Assembly: GCA_021613535.1 (NCBI GenBank)
Contig: CP075493.1
Span: 2,604,001-2,668,000 of the forward strand
Length of the DNA: 64,000 bases
DNA from: Adineta vaga
Lineage: Eukaryota > Animalia > Rotifera
Reading direction: 5' to 3'
Position 1 is the stretch's first letter; each line of letters opens with the position of its first letter. Both the position numbers and the translations under genes were made by a program. The notes under the pieces were generated by a model. That model had not been told where the DNA came from and searched no databases. It worked only from the letters and a program-made list of their open reading frames with translations. This document shows positions 55,386 to 64,000 of this stretch, in pieces.

Positions 55386-57213
55386 GTTTTTATGTCATAG
55401 TTATGTAATAAAAATCTAAGGAGAGAGAGAAAAAAGACTTCTAAATATCAGAAGTAAATCAATTTATAGTAGTTTTCTTTTATCAAGGTATATTTGATTC
55501 GATAGACAAAAAAAACGAAGACGGATATCCGCAACCTGGTGTTTTTCTTTGGGCAAACTCAAAAGTGAATAAATAAAAAGATGTAAATTTTTAGTAGAAG
55601 AAGAAGAAGAAGAAGAAAATGCTTGAGGAAGTAGTATTTTTAGTGAGATGAGAAAGAGAACAAGAAGAAAAAAGCTAAGAATTGATGGAAAAGACATTTA
55701 TCGACATTTTAATTCAGTTAGAAGAACTTGTCATGCTATTTATGAAAACTTTCTTTGGCAATTTGACAGTTAGAAGAAAAGACGAAAACTTTACATCAAT
55801 CCTATAGTTATTCTATTATTTCGATAGTCTTATGAATATTCACACGCAACAATCTTTCGATTGACAAGAATAAAAGGAAAATTTTTCATATAGATCGAAT
55901 ATGTGATGATGCACCGATAAATAGAAAGAAACTCGAAGTGAAATATGATGCATGGAATCAGTGTGTTTTCTCTTTGACGAAGGGAAGGAAAAAAAAAGGA
56001 AAATTTTAAGATTATTTGCATAAATAGTCTTCATGTAACATCCTACGCGACCTTATGTTCTTTGCTATATATATATAATCTGATTACTATGAAAAAGGAA
56101 AACCTAAGATTTACTTTCGAATACAGAAAATAACAATTTTACAAAGATCAAATTCCGATGATAGAAACACTCGAATTTATAGGAAGACTTACTTAATAGA
56201 ATAAGCAATTAGTTTTGATTGTTCAGATTATTATCTTTCTTGCTTTTCTCCGTCAAGAAGAAAAACGAGAAGAGAAGTAAGTTTTGATGTGACGACAAAT
56301 GATGAGTTAAACTACTCATTATAATTATTATTGATAAACTAGTTTTCTTCTTTCTTCTTTTTTTCTTTCCAACGGTTCGGAATGTGTTCTTCTTTTAATC
56401 AATAAAACATTTTCGTGACAGTTTGATCTTAAATTATATACAAAAAAAAGAATCTTTCACTTAACTTTCTCAGTACATACTGCGAAACCTAGAGAATGGC
56501 AAATAATATTTACATTCTAACGTTCTTCAAATAGGTTTTTTATCGGCTAACAAAAACGTGCTGTTATGATGGAATTTTTAAGTATATTTACTTAAATCTA
56601 TATGCTCAGTATCATATTTTTGAACCACAACATCACATATATATATATTTTGTTATTTTATCGATGTTGATTTCTTTTCTTTTTGACATGTTCCGAACAA
56701 TTGATGATTGTGACAAGAGCTTTCCAAGAAGTGAAGTCATAAATAGCTTCAAGCTTACCAAGTCATTCGCTTTCATGCATAAATTAGAATGAAATACTTT
56801 GCTAATGGTTACTCTCAAATCTTCATTATCAACTTGAATGAACACTAATAAAGAATTTATCTACATGTTACAAACAAAACTATCAACTAAGTTAATGAAA
56901 AATAAGATGCAATGAAATCAAATCGGATTATGTTTGTCAGTATTGGATGATAAATTGAAGACGACATTTTCTTTCATTGAATAACAAATTGATCATATAA
57001 ACATTTCTATTTTAATAGAATTTGATCTTTGGCTACGTATTACCTTCTGTCATTTACAGTGAATGTCAATACACCTACATTTCATTTAGATGTGTCTATT
57101 TGTTCTCAACAATCAAATAGATTTTCTTTATCTATATGTATATGATCAAAAACCCACAATAACAGGAAAGAAAAAAAACAACAATGACATAAAAGCTATT
57201 CTTAAAAATCATT

Positions 57214-58635
57214 CTACGTCGTTTTTCCCAATTCAAATTTTTTAAACAATTCACTTGCAGTAAATATAAGAGAATCAATAATGCTTGCAACTGTAAATGA
57301 ACCACCGACAACAGCACAAATCGATGTAATAAATGTGTAGAATTTTTGTCGATGTTCAGTATACTTAACAGTTATTGGCTAAAAGGAAAAGAAAAGAACG
57401 TTTCAAAGATTAATTTTGAAATAAAGATGGAAGGATTTTACAATAATATCATAACGAAACCATATTGCAGGAATCATACCACCACCATGGGGTTGATATG
57501 GACTATATTCCTAAAAGAATAAGAACGGGATTAAACTTGAAAATAATTTTGAATGTCAACAGAAAGATTGCTTTATTTCTAATACAATAAGTAATCTTTA
57601 AATCCGACAGTTTAATGCATGCATGACTTTATCCAATTGAATGTTTTAACGAGAGCTAGGTGAACTCAAATGAAATGCGTCATTATTATCTTTGATAAAG
57701 ATTCGTATGAAGTTGTATGTATAGATACTAACTCGATAGAAAAATGTAAATTGATATGGATATCGTCGGATATTACTAAGATCTTCATAAATAGTTGGAA
57801 CAATTTTTAATAAATAATCATGTGATGCATGACTTGGACGATTTGTATTATTAAAACGTCTTAAGGGATGAAATGCTTTACGATTTGGAATTTGTCGAAA
57901 ACCCTATGGAAAAAACCAAAGATTGAAATTTGATTTAAAAATTTGATCACAAACTTTAATCGTATCACCGAATGTTAATTCATGAATAACATGTTTCATA
58001 TCACCATTCGACGGTTGACTTTCGGCAGAATGTGTTGATATATGAAAGTTTCCGGGAACACGATTGATTTTAAAGGATGCATTTATACGACAACCAGCAC
58101 CATTATTTTCCGGTGTTTTCAATGTATTATCAATAAATCCTACTTCATGTCGACCAAGATCATCTTGAATATCAATACCAACATCTAAAACGACATTTTA
58201 GTATGACAAAAACTTGTTATTATTGTTTTTCCTTACATTGACATCCGATATTTAATATACTGATATCGATATGAACTGGTATACGATCAGCATTACCACT
58301 TTCGGGTATATCAACGAATAATTCGCTAGCACTAATTGAATAGAAAGAAAATAGAGGTGATATTTTTTAGATATTAAAAGTGTTCTAGTTGTTACACTTC
58401 AGGTGTGATAAAATAATAAAGTTCAATGAGAAGTAATGTTGATATAAATGAAATGCAAGCGAGAGAAATTGCAGCACCAGTATTCGTTGGTTGAGTGAGA
58501 TCTTTCGGAACCTTTCGATAAATATCGAATCTAATTAAAGTAAAAAAAACTTATCGACTCCTTTTTCCTGTTAAATCTTTATTTGAGAAGAAAAATCAAT
58601 GGAATAAATATTTACCGTCGAATGTCAAATTGCAT
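57214..58635 (-). CDS. ERGIC1: ER-Golgi intermediate compartment protein 1 (ERGIC-32); 7 exons
   Basis: MQFDIRR|FDIYRKVPKDLTQPTNTGA, DIQDDLGRHEVG, INRVPGNFHISTH, SHDYLLKIVPTIYED, PAIWFRYDI, ends KKFELGKTT*. Confidence 0.95.
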
Positions 58636-59235
58636 TTGTACTATTCAGATCTAAAATATAAATCGAATAATATTCCTAATAAGATCATGATGACATTTCT
58701 AAAGAAAAACAATTAGTTTAGAAGATTTTCTTCATTACTACAAGGGTTTAGTACTTAGCATTCAGGTAGTCACTCTTTTGCGTATTGTTTACATTTAATC
58801 CAAGTACCTATTTCTTCTCATTCTTATGCTTCATTATGAACATTTTAGATTTTGTTGTATTCTGATACTTCAACCATGATCTTCCTTAAGATCACTTGTA
58901 TAATCAAGATCCATGTTTTCGACATACTGATTACAATATGATATGTTTACCTTTAAAATAACTAGAACTAGTTTCTCGAAATGAAGAATTAAAAGAGAAA
59001 ATGTGACCGATAAAACAAACTGAAAGTGTAACTAAGAGAACTATAAATCGTGTTAAATCCACGTTGATCTAACTAAGCAGACAAATAGTGAATAGATTAG
59101 AGAAATTTATCATTGGTTTAAGATTTATTTCACACAATCTAGATGTCGATAGCCTTCAATAAAGTTCATTTGAAAAATCTTTTTCAAAAGATTTATGATC
59201 AATTTTTATTTTGTAGAAACAAAAACAAGAATTTC

Positions 59236-60926
59236 CTAATGTCGGAGATATTCATCAATTGTATTGCCAGCTTCTAAATGACGTTCAATCTCAATTAATT
59301 TTGTTACACCATTTAGAACATTTTGAATGATTTCAATCTAAAAATCAAATAATTAGAATGCCATTCAATTCAATTTTGTAAAACAAACTTCAGTTTTGCC
59401 AATTCGATCACGATTGGATACATCAATACAATCTTTAAATGTGTCAAAAGCAGGATCCATGATTTCATTCATTGTTAAATTAAGATCTTTGATAATCGTT
59501 GGAAAACGTTTATCTTTTGTTAAATGTGGTAATTTCAAAAACACATTATATTTCAATCCTGTACCAATACTAGCTGGACAAGTCGTTAAATAACCAAAAT
59601 GATCATCATGAGCAAATGATATACCTTCGTTTTTCATAGAATTTTCTAACTAAAGAAAGAAAATATACTTTCTAAATGAAATAAATTCGATTTTTTTTTG
59701 TATTCATTACTAATGAGATTCCTTGGAACAGGTTTGTTATGACTGTACGAAGATTGTCTTTAGCATTATTCGTACTCCAACTAATGAATCGTAAATGATC
59801 TTTTTGATTAATCCATGCAAATATATTTTTATCATTGTTAACATAAATTGCTCGACCATCCGGCCAATCACGTGCAACACCAGAACTAAGCCAATCCATT
59901 GCTTGTGGTTTAAATAAATACACACCGTCCTAAATGAAAAAAGATCCGAGTGTAATTTGATTTAAAATCAACATTTTCAGACGTAACAAATGTCTAATCT
60001 CGAATGTACTTTCATCACATTCTGTTTAATGATTCTCGGAGTCTTCAAAGTATCTGATATGCGTTCTACAGTAATCTCCTACATACTTGATGTGCTTACA
60101 TTGACTAATGTGTCTTCTAATCGTTCGTCAACATTTGATAAACGATGATAATTTCCATTGAATAGATCATTTACTTGAATTAATTGTTGAAATACTTTAC
60201 TGAATTTATCTTCAACACGACGACGTTCAGCACGTGTCGAAAATGTTGGAAATGTATAAGTTGCAAGATTTCGTGTTATACGAATACGTGATGAAAGAAC
60301 ATATTTATTTATAGCAATGGTTTCATCTGATTCAAATGGAAAACGAAGTTTTGTTAGATCAAAATCATGATATTGACGTGCTTCAGGTGCATGATTAAAT
60401 TTTATTCGAATCAATGGATCGAATAGATCACTAAACATCTATAAGCAAAAAAATGATCAATAAAAGAATGATTTATAAAGGAAAGATATTACTCGATATG
60501 ATTCTTCATCACCAGCTGATACACCGAAATATTGTCGACTAGGTGAACCACGATTATCTACTCCGACTTGTATAACATCGTCTATTGTATATCCAGATGG
60601 AGTTATACGATCACGAAGTTTAGCATACATCTAAATATATCATATTCAACATTATTTATGCAACAGATTTGTTCGAATCATTGTTTAACCTGTGGTGTTA
60701 ATTGACGAGCCATTAAATTTGAATGTTTAGTTAATTGTGGATATTCTGCTGATGCAGAGTAACGTTTTAAATGTAAACTATATGAACTTGCATGATGTTG
60801 CTGATTTTGCCATAAAAGAGCAGCTGTACTTAGTCCAATTGATGATATAACTGCTGCTAACTTCCATTTTTGTTGTTTAGAACCCGAATGAATGAAAGAA
60901 CGAAAGAAATTTGAATAGGTAGACAT
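59236..60926 (-). CDS. Mitochondrial creatine-kinase-like phosphagen kinase, active site degenerate; 6 exons
   Basis: Presequence-like MSTYSNFFRSF..., YSASAEYPQLTKHSNLMA, AGDEESY, YVLSSRIR, ARDWPDGRAIY, DHLR, GYLTTCP, DVSNRDRIGKTE. Confidence 0.88.
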
Positions 60927-61384
60927 ATCTAAAAGTATACTATTTTCATATTTTATCCAAGATATTTCACTACAAGATCTAAAAGATATGATGACCATAG
61001 AATATGAGATGAGATGAGATGGAAAAAATAGACTGCGGAAGATTTCCATTTCCACTCCACTGCAGTCCAGATCAATATCGAATAATTATTTTTTAAACAA
61101 GCGAATTGAAGAATGTTTCGAAAGATGTCAGAAATAACAAATATATGTTCTATTTAGATTGTACATTTCTTACATCAATGACTAAAGGTTTGGACTACCG
61201 ATATCCGTAGCATATTGACAATGTCTCTCCAATGGCGAAGATATGCATACAAGATGTATTTGTTATCTCTAGAAATTCTTCTTCGAACGTTTTTCGTGAC
61301 GATCTTATCCCAATAGACATATATTAGAAAGAATGATTAGTTTTTATTTTGTAAGAGATTGTAGTTTTATTTATAAAATAGTAG

Positions 61385-63113
61385 TCAAATATTTGATTCT
61401 TCATCTAAACTTTTCCACTCATGAAAAATTTCAACTGGTGAATAAAGTATTATTCGAGTTAATGTGATGATACCGAAAATAATTGATCCAAATAAAATAA
61501 TACCAATAAAAATGACAATAATTATAAATATTATTTTAATCAATCGTTGTGAATTTGAACTAAAAACAAGAGAAGAGCATCGATTGTTTTACATTGGCTA
61601 AAAAAAAATTTCTTCTTTCGAATAACAAATTCGAAATCATATGTAATTTAGATCTGAGAAACGTACCTGAATACTAATTTATCTTGTTGTCTATCATCTA
61701 GAGAACGATTCGTTTCTATCGATTGATTATTACTAAATATAATAGTATGAGAATATTTGTGAGTGAAAAATAGATGAAGAAATATTTACTGATAATGATG
61801 AACTATTTCCGAATAGGGAATATGAGTTGTTTCATCAGATTCATTTTTACTAATATATAGATATCAGAAATATTAAAACGACTGAAATTCTCTGTAAACT
61901 TACTGTAGAAGATTATTTGAACTTTTTTGAATTGATTCGTTCGTATGTGCCTCCTCCGTAGTTTCTTCTTGATTGATAACTTAATGAATTCGACACTTTA
62001 ATTTTAAATAAATAATCAATCTTATTTACTTTTTTCACAATTTTCTCCTTGAAATTGACTTGAACATATGCATCGATATCCTTTTTCTATCATTGGCTCA
62101 TCCACACATCGTCCATCGTTTTGACATAAGGTCGAATCAAATGTACAAGGTCCTAGTAGAGTTCAAAATGAGCTATTATTCATAAGCAGAGCTTCACACA
62201 TTCTACTACCTTTCTCACAAGCTGTTGTCAATGCATTGTACATAAAACCTAATTCACATCTCTTCATAATATATTCACCATCATTTCCACATATTATATA
62301 CATATCAATACGATTGAATATAGGTAAGTAAGTATCAGATGGATGATCGCGACAAATTCCTTTCAAACTCTTGTTAATCTCATCATCTGCATCTATAATT
62401 GGTTCGTATTGACAATTAACCTAGAATGATTGCGATGAAGAAGTAATACATGTATTTATGTATACGAATAATACCAATTCTGGAGCTTTACACATGAATG
62501 TTTTTGGATCGAAATGAAGATTATTTCGACATTTCAAAATGTCATGCTGTTGATTTTCACGACAATAATGAAATAAAGAACAATCAAGTGTATCAGGATA
62601 GATTCCTATTTGAACACATTTCGATGTTGCTGATTTCCGATGATCATCAAATCTGTACTCTACTGAAAAATCACTAAACACTTTCATTTGTTCAAGTATA
62701 ATTTCGCATCTTGTTTCATTTTCCTAAGAATCAAACGTATGCAATGTGGTTTGTTGAAGAAACAAAATACTTACTAACGCGACATATTCACATCGATTAT
62801 GGATGGGATTAAAAAAGAATCTATCAATACATGTATAAACTGTATGAATACCAAATATACACATATGAAAGAGTGAACAGTTAGTAGTATGAGCATAGAT
62901 TCCATTTTCAGTTGGGCATTTTGAAAAATGAGGATCATCATTTGAGACCATTAATGGAATTGGAAAAACACTTCTAGCTAATTATTATTCAAAAGAAATT
63001 GAATAGATAGATGGTTCTTTTTCTTGAATCACTTAATTCTAATTCTTACCATACTCTAACTGATCACTAATTTGAATGGAAATAAGAAGAAGAATTGTCA
63101 GAAGAATATTCAT
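61385..63113 (-). CDS. Peritrophin-A (CBM14 chitin-binding) domain membrane protein; ~9 exons
   Basis: Signal MNILLTILLLISIQIS; CBM14 units CPTENGIYAHTTNCSLFHMC...C...FFFNPIHNRC and CVQIGIYPDTLDCSLFHYC...C...LHFDPKTFMC, a third degenerate unit, then C-terminal TM IIFIIIVIFIGIILFGSIIFGIITL; stop TGA 61385-61387. Confidence 0.85.
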
Positions 63114-64000
63114 ATTTGAGTTAGTATATCTCTATGAATTAGAAAATTCGATCAATTAAAATCTATACATAGAGAGGAGTATCGGTCGCGCTTGATTTAC
63201 TTACCGTGCAATAATGAATGTTTTATATATAATGTCTTGTCTAGATACAATATTTTTATTTGAACAATCTCATCCTAGTATACTTCATCATCGATCAAAA
63301 GTTCAACTATCTAATCATTTGATGGTTTAGACGTTCTCTTTTTCTCTCCTTTTTTCTTATAATACATTGTTACATATACAGGACACCCTCAATATATTTG
63401 ACAAACATTTATATTAAGACGCTCAACTCAATGATGATTGCACGATGCTAGAAAAAGAAAGGACACTGTTTTCTAATTAGATTCCTGATGTTCTTGTTCT
63501 ATTGCGCTTGATATTTATAGAATGTTTTTATAATGAAGAGAGAAAATAGCTCAAACAAATGGAGGAGAAATATTCTTAAAGATGAATACAGTATCTCTCA
63601 TCTTCATTGAAAGAATATAATAAGCTTTGTCAACTTTATCAAACAGATTATAATAATAACATTGTTACATACTGACTCTCTGATCGTATTGTTACGTATG
63701 TGACAACATGCAAAGGTAATTAATGTTAGAGTAAGATATAAATAGATTAAAGAACTAACATAGACATATAAGCTTGTTTACAGGTGTAATTAAAGAGAAG
63801 TATGTTACTAGATCAGTTGAACAACAAAGATTTTCTTTCGCTGATAAAGTTCATTATAGACAATGCTAGTCTGTAATATAAACATTACAGATTAACAAGA
63901 AAATCCAAGGTGCCATTTATAGTAATTACGTTGTCTGAATGTAATTTTTGAGTAGCACAATGAATTACTGTCATATCATTTTATAAACAATTTTTTCTTA

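Noticed and set aside
56633-56845. 70-aa ORF and other 60-110 aa Phe/Ile/Lys-rich ORFs in intergenic DNA
   Set aside because: Composition mirrors AT-rich non-coding sequence or antisense shadows of real exons; no motifs or splice support.

Overview
Eukaryotic, very AT-rich, gene-dense animal DNA with mostly 48-65 nt GT-AG introns. The style (tiny introns, FMRFamide-receptor-like GPCR paralogues, a bacterial-type enzyme carrying a spliceosomal intron) fits a bdelloid rotifer; this is inference, not proven. I reconstructed about 24 protein-coding genes by hand from ORF fragments and splice phases. Recognisable genes: Delta-like Notch ligand, OFD1, peptidase C45, two paralogous peptide GPCRs, Tctex-type dynein light chain, HMCES, Sp17-like multi-IQ protein, SmD3, MFSD6, a synaptotagmin, an SLC16 transporter, ERGIC1, a mitochondrial creatine-kinase-like protein and a membrane peritrophin. 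Also present: two neuropeptide precursors and several orphans. Best leads: (1) a bacterial-type metallo-beta-lactamase-fold hydrolase spliced in frame to a TM exon with a dileucine sorting signal; (2) a mitochondrial phosphagen kinase that has lost many catalytic residues; (3) two unfamiliar neuropeptide precursors; (4) a Delta ligand with a lysine-free tail; (5) an operon-like DYNLT-HMCES junction; (6) a lipid-anchored orphan nested on the same strand in the Sp17 intron. Two single-base frameshifts in T runs are probably assembly errors. No rRNA, tRNA, CRISPR array or intact transposon was seen.
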